DNA from: Macrostomum lignano
Lineage: Eukaryota
NCBI GenBank assembly: GCA_002269645.1
Contig: NIVC01000236.1
Span: 1 to 64,000, forward strand
DNA: 64,000 nucleotides
Direction of reading: 5' to 3'
Below, one piece after another: positions 42,242-55,368 of this stretch (the first letter of the stretch is position 1; every line of letters starts with the position of its first letter). Both the position numbers and the translations under genes were made by a program. The notes under the pieces are model-generated. The model had not been told where the DNA came from, searched no databases, and saw only the letters and a program-made list of their open reading frames with translations.

Positions 42242-45200
42242 AAGATGCGGGGACTGCTGAAACTGGGCCGGCAGAGGCGGCGGTGGCGGCAGGAAGGCCG
42301 GTCCGCTGCATGCGCCGCTGCTGGCACCGAAGCGGTGCTGCTGCTGCATCAGCTGGTTCTGCTGCCGAAACAGCTGCGGCCAGGGCACCGGCGGCGGCTG
42401 CAGCTGCGGTTGCTGCGGAACCAACGCGGCCGGGAAGAACGAAGCCAGCGAGCACGGCGGGGGCAGCGGCAGGAGCGGAGGCGGCGGCGGCAACGAGAGA
42501 AGCCGCGACGGCTGCGAGTGCAGCGGCAGCGGCAGCTGCTGCTGTGGGCACTCGGGGCCAGGGCTGTGACAGGCCCGCCTGTGCCGTTCAAGCGAGTGCG
42601 CGGTGGAGAAGCGCTGGTCGCAGGCAGGGCAGGCGACCTTCTGGCGGCAGGCTGGCTGCATCCGCTTGTGCCGGCAGAGGTTGGAGAACTGAGTGTAGCT
42701 CTTCTTGCACGCGTCGCACTGGTAGGGCTTGTGCGTGGCGTGGATGTGCATGTGCTGCTTGAGGCCGCTGGCGGTGCCAAAGCGCTTGTCGCACACCTGG
42801 CAGGCGTGCGGCGGCTGCCCGCAGCTGGGAGCGGCGGCGACCTCGGCGCTGCCAACGAACTGACAATTGAGGGAGTCGCCTTGCCGAACAGGCAGACTGG
42901 AGATTTGGGTGGGAATTTTTATGAAGCTTTGGGTTTTAGGCTGGAAACCTGATCGCAACTCTATCAATCTCTGTGACCCAGTGAGACTATCTATGACCCA
43001 ATGAGACCTATCTATGACCCAATGAGACTATCTATGACCCAATGAGACTATCTATGACCCAATGAGACTATTTATGACCCGATGAGACTATCTATGACCC
43101 AATTAGATCTATTTATGATCCAATGAGACCTATCTATGACCCAGTTTTTCATGACCAGAGTATCTATAAAAACTTAAATTCAATGAAATTATTTGGCTTG
43201 AGGCTCACCTGGATGAGCAGTTAACAGCGGCGGCGGCTGCGGCAGCTGCGCAGGTGACGGCCCGGTTGCAGGTGGCCAGCAGGCGACGCTTGGCTGCGAG
43301 CTCGGCGCTGGGGTTGCGGCACAGCGAGGCCTGGTGCCGCCGGAGCGAGCCGGAGCTGCGAAACGCCTCTCCGCAGTCGGGGCAGGCAAAGGCGGTGACT
43401 GCGGCGGACAGAGCGGCGGAGGCGGAGGCGTCTGGAATCGCGGAAAAGGCGAGGCTGCTGCTGCTGACCGTTGGTCCTCTTAGATTCCCTTTGGTGCAGT
43501 GCCCCTCTCACCTTTTTGCTCCAGGATCTTCTCGCTCCAAGCCCTCCCCCCGACTCCCCTCCCCTCCGATCCAGGTTCCAGCCAGACACCCACCCCCCTC
43601 CGCCGGGCCGCCATTGGCTCCGATCGGCACTCTGTTTAACGTGCCGGCATTGACAAGTCCTGTGCAATCGCTGCGGTGAATCAGCCCTATTGTTATTTTC
43701 TATTCTCACCTGCTTGCAAGTCCGAGGCATTGCCTGGAGCTTCCAGCTGCCGCTCCTCATCCTCGGGGTCATCAGACAGAGCGCCTCCGCGGCAGAGTTG
43801 GCCAAAAAGAAGCAGATCGCGCCTCTGCCGCTCCAGTTGGTGCTGGCTGTGGCGAAAGCCTGGAAACTGGAAGTGGGGAAGGGGTAGGCGATTATCTGTG
43901 TGTCTGATGATGATCTGTGTGATCTGATGATGATCTGGGTGATCTGATGATGATGATCTGGGTGATCTGATGATGATGATCTGGGTGATCTGATGATGCT
44001 CTGTGTGATCTGATGATGATCTGTGTGTCTGATGATGATCTGTGTGATCTGATGATGATCTGGGTGATCTGATGATGATGATCTGGGTGATCTGATGATG
44101 ATGATCTGGGTGATCTGATGATGCTCTGTGTGATCTGATGGTGATCTGTGTGATCTGATGATGATCTGGGTGATCTGATGATGATCTGGGTGATCTGATG
44201 ATGATCTGGGTGATCTGATGATGATCTGGTTGATCTGATGATGATGATCTGGGTGATCTGATGATGATCTGGGTGATTTGATGATGATCTGGGTGATCTG
44301 ATGATGCTCTGTGTGATCTGATGATGATCTGGGTGATCTGATGATGATCTGGGTGATTTGATGATGATCTGGGTGATCTGATGATGATCTGGGTGATTTG
44401 ATGATGATCTGGGTGATCTAATGATGATCTGGGTGATCTGATGATGATCTGTGTGATCTGATGATGATCTGTGTGATCTGATGATGATCTGGGTGATCTG
44501 ATGATGATCTGGGTGATCTGATGATGATCTGGGTGATCTGATGATGATCTGGGTGATCTGATGATGATCTGGGTGATCTGATGATGATCTGGGTGATCTG
44601 ATGATGATCTGGGTGATCTGATGATGATCTGGGTGATCTGATGATGATCTGGGTGATCTGATGATGATCTGGGTGATTTGATGATGATCTGGGTGATCTG
44701 ATGATGATCTGGGTGATCTGATGTGATGATGATCCGTGTGGTGAATAATGACGAACTAAGACACCAAATAATGGACTGAGTGACCTACTCATGAACCGAG
44801 TGACCTACTCATGAACCGAGTGACCTACTCATAAACCGAGTGACCTACTCATAAACCGAGTGACCTACTCATAAACCGAGTGACCTACTCATAAACCGAG
44901 TGACCTACTCATAAACCGAGTGACCTACTCATGAAATGGCTGAAAAGGAGTCAGGAGCCACAGAGGAGCTGTAAAGAACCCACTGCATATCCGGAGGACC
45001 TGTGACCCCCAGCCCCAGTCACATTGCTGTCAAGCACAAAGAATGGAATGGGAAAATCAAGATACAGAATATGAATTGCGTCCCAGTGCCAATGCCCGCA
45101 TATCAGCCCTGTGTAAGACTCAAGTGCCGGTCACCCGAATGGATACAGTTAAACTATAAACTGTATTATCAGCAAACAGACAGATTGCAGATTTCATTCA

Positions 45201-45268
45201 GTTCTGCAAAGAGAATGTACCGATCAGGAAGTGCTCTCGCTTACCTCGTCAGTCAGTAGGCCAGCCAT
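41534..45268 (-). CDS. MECOM: EVI1/MECOM/PRDM16/hamlet-like zinc-finger transcription factor, about 572 aa, no PR/SET domain found
   Basis: Exons 45268-45245, 43866-43710, 43431-43209 and 42848-41534 have consistent phases and sum to 1719 nt. [10 protein letters not shown]...[15 protein letters not shown] and [20 protein letters not shown]...[10 protein letters not shown] match the EVI1/PRDM16 finger clusters. CtBP motif PLDLS and an acidic C-terminus are present. Orthology to MECOM versus PRDM16 cannot be resolved; the 5' exons are less certain. Confidence 0.85.
42970..43145. repeat. About 21-bp minisatellite (GACCCAATGAGACTATCTAT) in EVI1-like intron 3
   Basis: Tandem copies. Confidence 0.85.
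43900..44730. repeat. 17/20-bp minisatellite (TGATGATGATCTGGGTGATC) in EVI1-like intron 1
   Basis: Tandem copies. Confidence 0.95.
44778..44932. repeat. 20-bp minisatellite (GAGTGACCTACTCATAAACC)
   Basis: About 7.5 copies. Confidence 0.9.
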
Positions 45269-45729
45269 TGTGCCGGGTTCAGAGAGAGAGATATTGGCGG
45301 CTCCTGCGTGGTGGCGGCTGCAATGAGGGGGGAGGGGGGGTTGCAGTTCTGGTTTCGGCTATGGCGCTGAATTGTAACGATTTCCATTCTCTATGGCCGA
45401 AGCCGAATGAAAGCTTAAACAGTATGCGGCAGTGGTCATAAATCAATGCTGTTTAGGACAGCACGCGGCGGCAGTTCTGATGCAGCAAATATGACCAGCT
45501 GGCACCATCGGACACATCGGTCACCTGACACCGGCTTCAACTGACGCTCGTGCCATTGAGACCCCGCGCTTAAAGCCCCGTATCAGACAGGACAAGGAGA
45601 TTCTGCCCTCATTCAGCCATCTAATCGCTGATTTTACAATTCACCTTTTTTTATGCAAGAGATTGTCCACCTGTGGCTTCTAACTGCAGCAGGGTCCGAT
45701 TGTGAAAGTGGGGAAAACTGGGAATAGAT

Positions 45730-46215
45730 ATGGGAGAGGAGATGGAGAAGGGAGAGGAGATGGAGAGGGGAGAGGAGATGGAGAGGGGAGAAGAGATGGA
45801 GAGGGGAGAAGAGATGGAAAGGGGAGAAGAGATGGAGAGGGGAGAAGAGATGGAGAGGGGAGAGGAGATGGAGAGGGGAGAAGAGATGGAGAGGGGAGAA
45901 GAGATGGAGAGGGGAGAAGAGATGGAGAAAGGAGAAGAGATGGAGAGGGCAGAGGAGATGGAGAGGGGAGAAGAGATGGAAAGGGGAGAAGAGATGGAGA
46001 GGGGAGAAGAGATGGAGAGGGGAGAGGAGATGGAGAGGGGAGAAGAGATGGAGAGGGGAGAAGAGATGGAGAGGGGAGAAGAGATGGAGAAAGGAGAAGA
46101 GATGGAGAGGGCAGAGGAGATGGAGAGGGGAGAAGAGATGGAGAGGGGAGAGGAGATGGAGAGGGGAGAGGAGATGGAGAGGGGAGAGGAGATGGAGAGG
46201 GGAGAGGAGATGGAG
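45730..46215. repeat. 18-bp purine minisatellite (GAGAGGGGAGAAGAGATG)
   Basis: Tandem copies. Confidence 0.95.
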
Positions 46216-46554
46216 TGGGGAGGGAAAGATGCTAGAGAGACGAGCGTGCAAGTTTAAATAAAAAAGCTCGCTTACCTTTTTAAAGAATTTTTAATTATTT
46301 TAAACTTGAAAACAAAAGGAGGGAAGACGGCAAGACAGGCGCAGTCACTCAGCCAGAGCTCGCGGGAAATATTGGGAAATTCTTCCCCTATTTGACCAGC
46401 CTCATCCACTCCCACTGCTGGCAGCCTCCCGCCTTTGCTCAACTCACTTGAGATGAGGCGGTGGTGTCTCAGAGCTGATTGGTTGATGGGATGCGCGGAG
46501 TCGAGAAAAGAGAGATTGAGAGAGTTGAGGCAAAGATATTTTAGGTAGATAAGG

Positions 46555-48400
46555 CATAGGCAGGTAGGCAGGTAGATAACTAAGGCAGATAGATAACTAA
46601 GACAGGTAGATAGCTAAGACAGGTAGATAACTAAAACAGGTAGATAACTAAGGCAGGTAGATAACTAAGGCAGGTAGATAACTAAGGCAGGTAGATAACT
46701 AAGGCAGGTAGATAACTAAGGCAGGTAGATAACTAAGACAGGTAGATAACTAAGACAGGTAGATAACTAAGTAAGGTAGATAACTAAAACAGGTAGATAA
46801 CTAAGACAGGCAGATAACTAAGACAGGTAGATAACTAAGACAGGTAGATAACTAAGACAGGTAGATAACTAAGACAGGTAGATAACTAAGTAAGGTAGAT
46901 CGCTAAGACAGGTAGATAACTAAGACAGGTAGATCGCTAAGACAGGTAGATAACTAAGACAGGTAGATAACTAAGACAGGTAGACAACTAAGACAGGTAG
47001 ATAACTAAGACAGGTAGATAACTAAGTAAGGTAGATAACTAAGACAGGTAGATAACTAAGACAGGAAGATAACTATGACAGGAAGATAACTAAGACAGGT
47101 AGATAACTAAGACAGGTAGATAACTAAGACTGGTAGATAACTAAGTAAGGTAGATCACTAAGACAGGTAGATCACTAAGACAGGTAGATCACTAAGACAG
47201 GTAGATAACTAAGACTGGTAGATAACTAAGACAGGTAGATAACTAAGACAGGTAGATAACTAAGACAGGTAGATAACTAAGACAGGTAGATAACTAAGAC
47301 AGGTAGATAACTAAGACAGGTAGATAACTAAGACAGGTAGATAACTAAGTAAGGTAGATCGCTAAGACAGGTAGATAACTAAGACAGGTAGATCGCTAAG
47401 ACAGGTAGATAACTAAGACAGGTAGATAACTAAGACAGGTAGACAACTAAGACAGGTAGATAACTAAGACAGGTAGATAACTAAGTAAGGTAGATAACTA
47501 AGACAGGTAGATAACTAAGACAGGAAGATAACTATGACAGGAAGATAACTAAGACAGGTAGATAACTAAGACAGGTAGATAACTAAGACTGGTAGATAAC
47601 TAAGACTGGTAGATAACTAAGTAAGGTAGATCACTAAGACAGGTAGATAACTAAGACAGGAAGATAACTAAGACAGGTAGATAACTAAGACAGGTAGATA
47701 ACTAAGACAGGTAGATAACTAAGTAAGGTAGATCACTAAGACAGGTAGATAACTAAGACAGGTAGATAACTAAGACAGGTAGATAACTAAGACAGGTAGA
47801 TAACTAAGACAGGTAGATAACTAAGACAGGTAGATAACTAAGACAGGTAGATAACTATGACAGGTAGATCACTAAGACAGGTAGATAACTAAGACAGGTA
47901 GATAACTATGACAGGTAGATCACTAAGACAGGTAGATAACTAAGACAGGTAGATAACTATGACAGGTAGATCACTAAGACAGGTAGATAACTAAGACTGG
48001 TAGATAACTAAGACAGGTAGATAACTAAGACAGGTAGATAACTAAGACAGGTAGATAACTGTGACAGGTAGATCACTAAGACAGGTAGATAACTAAGACA
48101 GGTAGATAACTATGACAGGTAGATCACTAAGACAGGTAGATAACTAAGACAGGTAGATAACTATGACAGGTAGATCACTAAGACAGGTAGATAACTAAGA
48201 CAGGTAGATAACTAAGACAGGTAGATAACTAAGACAGGTAGATAACTAAGACAGGTAGATAACTAAGACAGGTAGATCACTAAGACAGGTAGATAACTAT
48301 GACAGGTAGATCACTAAGACAGGTAGATAACTAAGACAGGTAGATCACTAAGACAGGTAGATAACTAAGACAGGTAGATAACTAAGACAGGTAGATACGA
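46555..48400. repeat. 17-bp satellite (AGGTAGATAACTAAGAC), about 1.85 kb
   Basis: More than 100 tandem copies with duplicated variant blocks. Confidence 0.97.
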
Positions 48401-49429
48401 ACTACTAAGACTAAGATAGACAGGCAGCTAGACGAAAAGGTAGACAGACAGACAAGCAGACAAACAATGGGCAGCTGTGGTAGACTGGGATGAAATATAG
48501 GAGAACAGGAGCTGATCATGCAGATACACCGAGAGTTGCTTTGCTTTCTCAAAGAGAATCAGCTTTAGAGACAAAGCCAAAAGCCGGAGACAAGTGAGAT
48601 CCGGTTGAAAGGCTCCGACTAAACTGAGTAGAAATGGATACTCAGTTATGAGGTCCGACAGAAGCGCCCGCTGTATTGAACACAGATAAGCTTTAATCCA
48701 GTGATGCTACACACACTGCTATCCCGGGCTTCTCAAAACTAAATCGAAACACACACACAGCAGAACTTACCAAGCTATTAAGCGATCGACCTTCAAATGT
48801 TCGGAGTTGACTAGCTTTGTATTATAATTCGAAACTGCAGTGGTCGCGAGGCCAAGTCCAGACGGAGACGTTGACAGAGATGGAAATTCTGGATGAGCAG
48901 TGCTCAAGCAACAGTTTATATATATGGTTTTGGTGCTCAGCGGGGAGCCCCGACCCGCCAGACTTGATCAACAGGCTCAATGAAATCTGAAGGTCGCAAT
49001 GAGCAACAATGGGCCGAGGCGATAGGCAGCTCAGCGGGAAACTTGTCGGCTGCATGCGCGAGCTGGCGGCGGAGACAGCCGGACATGCAAATTGGCCGAG
49101 CACCGAGTCACAGGTGCGGACTCGCTAAGCGCCTTGCCCGCTGCGCTGCGGGATTCGCAGCTGTTGCTGCTGGCTGCCAAATCACACGGCCATGCAGTGA
49201 AACTCGGGGGCTGCTAATGCCGAGCAGCGGGGGTCCGGAGTCAGTCTGAGACACTCGCTGACCTCATGCGAGCATTATTGATTCATAAATCAGTAGGAAA
49301 TTTGCTTACATACCCTAAGGATTTGGTTTGGGACATCTGCCGCGAGTATTAGAGGTTTAATTCCTGTATGAAAGCATAAAATGTACATTGTGCGGCTGCG
49401 TGGGGTTGTGGAAGCGGAGGCATAGGGAT

Positions 49430-50545
49430 TAGTGACTTGGTGTACAGGGTCATAGAGGGTTGGTCACAACGATGAGTGATTAGTGGCACAGGGGTCATAG
49501 AGGGTTGGTCATAACGATGAGTGATTAGTGGCCCAATGGTCATAGAGGGTTGGTCACAACGATGAGTGATTAGTGGCACAGGGGTCATAGAGGGTTGGTC
49601 ATAACGATGAGTGATTAGTGGCCCAATGGTCATAGAGGGTTGGTCATAACGATGAGTAATTAGTGGCACAGGGATCATAGAGGGTTGGTCACAACGATGA
49701 GTGATTAGTGGCACAATGGTCATAGAGGGTTGGTCATAACGATGAGTGATTAGTGGCCCAATGGTCATAGAGGGTTGGTCATAACGATGAGTAATTAGTG
49801 GCACAGGATCATAGGGTTGATCAAACGATAAGTGTTTAGTGTACAGGGGTCATAAAGGGTTGGTTATAACGATGAGTGATTTGTGGCACAGGGGTCATAG
49901 AGGGTTGATCATAACGATGAGTGTTTAGTGTACAGGGGTCATATAGAATTGGTCATAACGATGATTTGTGACACAGGGGTCATAGAGGATTGGTCATAAC
50001 GATGAGTGATTAGTGGCACAGGGGTCATAGAGGGTTGGTCATAACGATGAGTTGATTAGTGTCACAGGGGTCATAGAGGGTTGGTTATAACGATGAGTGA
50101 TTTGTGGCACAATGGTCATAGAGGGTTGGTCATAACGATGAGTGATTAGTGGCCCAATGGTCATAGAGGGTTGGTCATAACGATGAGTAATTAGTGGCAC
50201 AGGATCATAGGGTTGATCATAACGATAAGTGTTTAGTGTACAGGGGTCATAAAAGGTTGGTCATAACGATGAGTGATTAGTGGCACAGGGGTCATAGAGG
50301 GTTGGTCATAACGATGAGTGTTCAGTGTACAGGGGTCATAGAGGGTTGATCATAACGATGAGTGTTTAGTGTACAGGGGTCATATAGAATTGGTCATAAC
50401 GATGATTTGTGGCACAGAGGTCATAGATGGTTGGTCATAACGATGAGTGTTTAGTGTACAGGGGTCATATAGAATTGGTCATAACGATGATTTGTGGCAC
50501 AGAGGTCATAGAGGGTTGGTCATACCGAAGAGTGACTAGTGAACA
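49430..50545. repeat. About 45-bp minisatellite (GTCATAGAGGGTTGGTCATAACGATGAGTGATTAGTGGCACAGGG)
   Basis: Tandem copies. Confidence 0.9.
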
Positions 50546-50724
50546 GGGATTCATAGGGGGTTGGTCAGAACCATTTTCATACAGATGCCATAAATGGCGT
50601 TATCATAACAGTGAGTGTACATGGAGTCGTACATGTACATGTAACAGGAAAATTCATATTGATTATTCGTATTTTATCAACTAGAGTCATGGCAAATGGA
50701 GCCACAACAATTAGTTTGCAAGAC

Positions 50725-51652
50725 AAAAGGTCATGGTTGAGGGTCATAACGCTTAGTGCTTGCAGGAGTCATTGGTGATCGGTTATAATGCTTAGTGTCT
50801 GCAGAACTCATGGGTGAAGGGTCATAATGCTTAATGTCTTCAGAGGTCATGGGTGATGGGTCATAATTCTTAGTGTCTGCAGAGGTCATAGGTGAGGGGT
50901 CATAATGCTTAGTGTCTGCAGAGGTCATAGGTGAGGGGTCATAATGCTTAGTGTCTGCAGAGGTCATAGGTGAGGGGTCATAATGCTTAGTGTCTGCAGA
51001 GGTCATGGGTGATGAGTCATAACGTTTAGGTCTGAGTGGTCAAAGTTATGAGTCATAATGCCTAGTGTCTGCAGAGCTCATGGGTGATGAGTTATAATGC
51101 CTAGTGTCTGCAGAGGTCATGGGAGATGGGTCATAATGTTTAGTGTCTGCAGAGGTCATGTGTGATGAGTCATAATGCCTAGTGTCTGCAGAGGTCATGG
51201 GAGATGGGTCATAATGTTTAGTGTCTGCAGATGTCATAAGTGATTGGTCATAATGTTTAGTGTCTGCAGATGTCATAAGTGATTGGTCATAATGTTTAGT
51301 GTCTGCAGATGTCATAAGTGATTGGTCATAATGTTTAGTGTTTGCAGAGGTCATGGGAAATGGGTCATAATGTTTAGTGTCTACAGAGGTCATGGGAGAT
51401 GGGTCATGTTTAGTGTCTGCAGATGTCATAATTGATTGGTCATAATGCTTAGTGCACAGGGGTCATTGGTGAGGGATCATAATGCTTAGTGCACAGGGGT
51501 CATTGGTGAGGGGTCAAAATGCTTAGTGCACAGGGGTCATTGGTGAGGGGTCATAATGCTTAGTGCACAGGGGTCATTGGTGAGGGGTCATAATGCTTAG
51601 TGCACAGGGGTCATTGGTGATTGGTCATAATGCTTAGTGCACAGGGGTCATG
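50725..51652. repeat. About 39-bp minisatellite family (GTCATAATGCTTAGTGTCTGCAGAGGTCATGGGTGAGGG)
   Basis: Tandem copies grading into a TAGTGCACAGGGGTCAT variant. Confidence 0.9.
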
Positions 51653-51684
51653 TCAATTAGCCTGAATGAGGGTCCAAATAAACG

Positions 51685-51885
51685 CATCATGTCAGAGCCC
51701 CTAGGTTCGATTCCGCCAAACACCAGCAACTGGGCAAACGTGTCGCCCTGGAGATCAAAAAACACCGTTGACAATTGGCACAATAGTGAAGGATTTTCCG
51801 TTTAAACGAGAAGGCACTCATAACAATTATGGAGCCGGCTTCTCAGTCAGTAAAAGCTATGAATAATAACAATAGTATATTTAGT
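51685..51885 (+). mobile_element. Possible truncated SINE-like element
   Basis: B-box-like GGTTCGATTCC at about 51703 and an (AAT)-rich tail at about 51860-51880; no clear A box. Confidence 0.3.
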
Positions 51886-52689
51886 ATGACAAAAAGCAGT
51901 TTATTTATTTAAATAAAAAGGCTCTTTGGACACTCGCGCGGTGCTATATAGTTATATACAGCGAGTGCCACTGGCGAACAGGGGGAATGAAGCAGGAATA
52001 CCAGAGCAGCGGCTCTCAGCTGGAATTTCCACCGACTCTGCGCACAGTAAACAGGCAGGCACACGGGCACACACAGGGAGACAAAGGAAAGCAAAAAACA
52101 GACTCCATAGGCCACGCGCAATGAGGAAAATTAAGGGGAGGGGGGGGGGTGAAAAGTCCCGCTCAATAGAGGCAGAAGGCACAGATTAGAGCAGTCCAAG
52201 ACACTTGCAGACAGCAATATTTATTTGAAAGTCACAACTAAAATTAAAAAAAACAATTAGCGCAAAATCAAACGGATGCACACAAAAGTAGAAGATTGCC
52301 CTGACTGCCTACTAACAGTAAGTAGAGCGGGCGGGGACGCTCTTCAATCTTTAATAACTTTCCTATAAAAGACACAAATTTACAAAAGTACACGGACAGA
52401 CAAAACAACCCCCAGCTTGGCTGAGGAGACAAAGGTGTGTAAGCGGGGGGTGTAAGTGAAAAGTGCCGGCAATTCAGGCAGAAGTTTTTTAAATAAAAGG
52501 CAGCGCAAAACAGGATCAATTAATTCAGGACAGAAGGAATGTGGAATGAAAGCTGGCTTGCCGCTCGGTTGGAAAATGGCACCGACTGCTTGATGGCACT
52601 TTGGGAGCTGTGCACAATTTTGTTAATAATAGCAGTAATTTTAATTTTTTCACCTGTTCAAAATGGCACCTACGTCTGAAGCTGACGTT

Positions 52690-54385
52690 TCAATCAATAA
52701 ACTGACATTTCCAATCAATAAACTGACATTTCCAATCAATAAACTGACATTCCCAATCAATAAACTGACATTCACATTTAATAAACTGACATTTCCAATC
52801 AATAAACTGACATTTCCAATCAATAAACTGACATTCCCAATCAATAAACTGCCATTTCCAATAAAAAAACTGACATTTCCAATCAATAAACTGCCATTTC
52901 CAATTAATAAACTGACATTTCCAATCAATAAACTGACATTTCCAATTAATAAACTGACATTTCCAATCAATAAACTGACATTCCCAATCAATAAACGAAC
53001 ATTACAAATCAATAAACTGACATTTCCAATCAATAAACTGACATTTGCAATCAATAAACTGACATTCCCAATCAATAAATTGACATTCCCTATTAATAAA
53101 CTGACATTTCCAATCAATAAACTGACATTCCAATCAATAAACTGCTATTTCCAATCAATAAACTGACATTCCCAATCAATAAACGAACATTCCCAATCAA
53201 TAAATTGACATTCCCAATTAATAAACTGGCATTTCCAATCAATAAACTGACATTCCCAATCAATAAACTGACATTTCCAATCAAGAAACTGACATTCCCA
53301 ATCAATAAACGAACATTACAAATCAATAAACTGACATTTAGATCAATAAACTGACATTTCCAATCAATGAACTGATATTCCCAATCAATAAACTGCCATT
53401 TCCAATCAATAAACTGGCTTTTTCAATCAATAAACTGACATTTCCAATCAATAAACTGGCATTTCCAATCAATAAACTGGCATTTCCAATCAATAAACTG
53501 CCATTTCCAATTAATAAACTGACATTTCCAATCAATAAACTGGCATTTCCAATCAATAAACTGCCATTTCCAATTAATAAACTGACATTTCCAATCAATA
53601 AACTGACATTTCCAATCAATAAACTGACATTTCCAATCAATAAACGAACATTACAAATCAATAAACTGACATTTAGATCAATAAACTGACATTTCCAATC
53701 AATAAACTGACATTTCCAATCAATAAACTGCCATTTCCAATCAATAAACTGACATTTCCAATCAATAAACTGACATTTCCAATCAATAAACTGACATTTC
53801 CAATCAATAAACTGACATTTCCAATCAATAAACTGACATTCCCAATCAATAAACGAACATTACAAATCAATAAACTGACATTTAGATCAATAAACTGACA
53901 TTTCCAATCAATAAACTGACATTTCCAATAAATAAACTGCCATTTCCAATCAATAAACTGACATTCCCAATTAATTAACTGCACATTTCCAATCAATAAA
54001 CTGACATTCCCAATCAATAAATTGACATTCCCAATCAATAAATTGACATTCCCAATCAATAAACTGACATTCCCAATCAATAAACTGACATTCCCAATCA
54101 ATAAACTGACATTCCCAATCAATAAACTGATATTCCCAATCAATAAACTGCCATTTCCAATCAATAAACTGCCATTTCCAATCAATAAACAGCAATTTCC
54201 AATCAATAAACTGACATTCCCAATCAATAAAGCTGTACAGACTGTAGCTGTACAGCTGTACAGTAGCTGTACAGACATTCCCAATCAATAAACTGACATT
54301 CCCAATCAATAAACTGACATTCCCAATCAATAAACTGACATTCCCAATCAATAAACTGACATTCCCAATCAATAAACTGACACCA
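52690..54385. repeat. 21-bp AT-rich satellite (CAATCAATAAACTGACATTTC), about 1.7 kb
   Basis: About 80 tandem copies ending in a hairpin. Confidence 0.97.
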
Positions 54386-55368
54386 AACTTAATTTAAATT
54401 TAAATTTGGTGTCAGTTTAAATAACAAATGATTTAAATTTAAGTAAAATACTCAACCTTTGCTCAGCTTGAAAAACAAGAAATGAACTCAGCCACCGAAT
54501 TTAAACTACTAAAAGTAGTGTCATCTTAAACTGAGTTTTAAGTAACGAAAATGAGCAAAATTCTGAATTAATAAAACAAAGGAAAAAATTCTACAATAAA
54601 AGTCAGTCTCAGGCACTCTGGAATCCGGACAGAAAAAATCTTTGACTAAAGAAATGTCAGCAAAGGGTGCGCGGTTCTAATCAGGATGCAGTTCTACCAA
54701 TAGCAAACAATGTAGCATTTCCACACATGTAAATTGCTTGTAAAATTAAAAAGGGATAAAATCCAAAATCTTATAATACAGAGGCTGGGGTAGCACGCCA
54801 CAAAAACTGGTTAAGTACAAAACACGCTTCAAAAGGAATAAGCGGCACATTTTGTACAGAAGGCCCCGCTTAACAATGGCATATTTTAGATTAAAAGTAC
54901 ACATGACGCGTAGCTGTACAATGCGCAACTCATGACACATACTACTGACAAGGTAAGTAGCTTCAACGCGAGCTAGCGACCAGGCTGCCAGAGAATTTTT
55001 ATTCGCTAAGCTAAGTAGAAAAAGTGAGAAAAAGCTCAATAATTGCGCATCAATATTAATTATAAACTACTAATAGTAGAATTCTCGGAGCAATGACGGA
55101 TGAAGCAGACAGTTGAGCAGCTGCCGCGATTCGCTCTGCAGTCTGATACAGATGGGGACAAAGGTTCAAATAGTGAGCTGAGACAGTGGAATTCTAGAGA
55201 AGCAGACAGGTAAACTTGTCGGACAAATTGAGCTACATGCCAGCCAGCCATTGACACGCAGTAATAGAGAAAACTGCATCTGCGGGGATGCGAGCCGGAC
55301 AGGCTCCGACAGACAGCGGCGCAGGCCCCAGCAGAGCTGATTGGTTTCTAGGAAAAGGGCGAGGCCGA

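Noticed and set aside
41741-42952. 403-aa plus-strand ORF, and similar antisense ORFs over the GPCR, TRPM exon 21 and LDB
   Set aside because: Antisense shadows of GC-rich coding exons.
52650-54372. LLIGNVS / INKLTFP repeat ORFs resembling beta-helix or LRR proteins
   Set aside because: 21-bp satellite with frequent frameshifts; non-coding.
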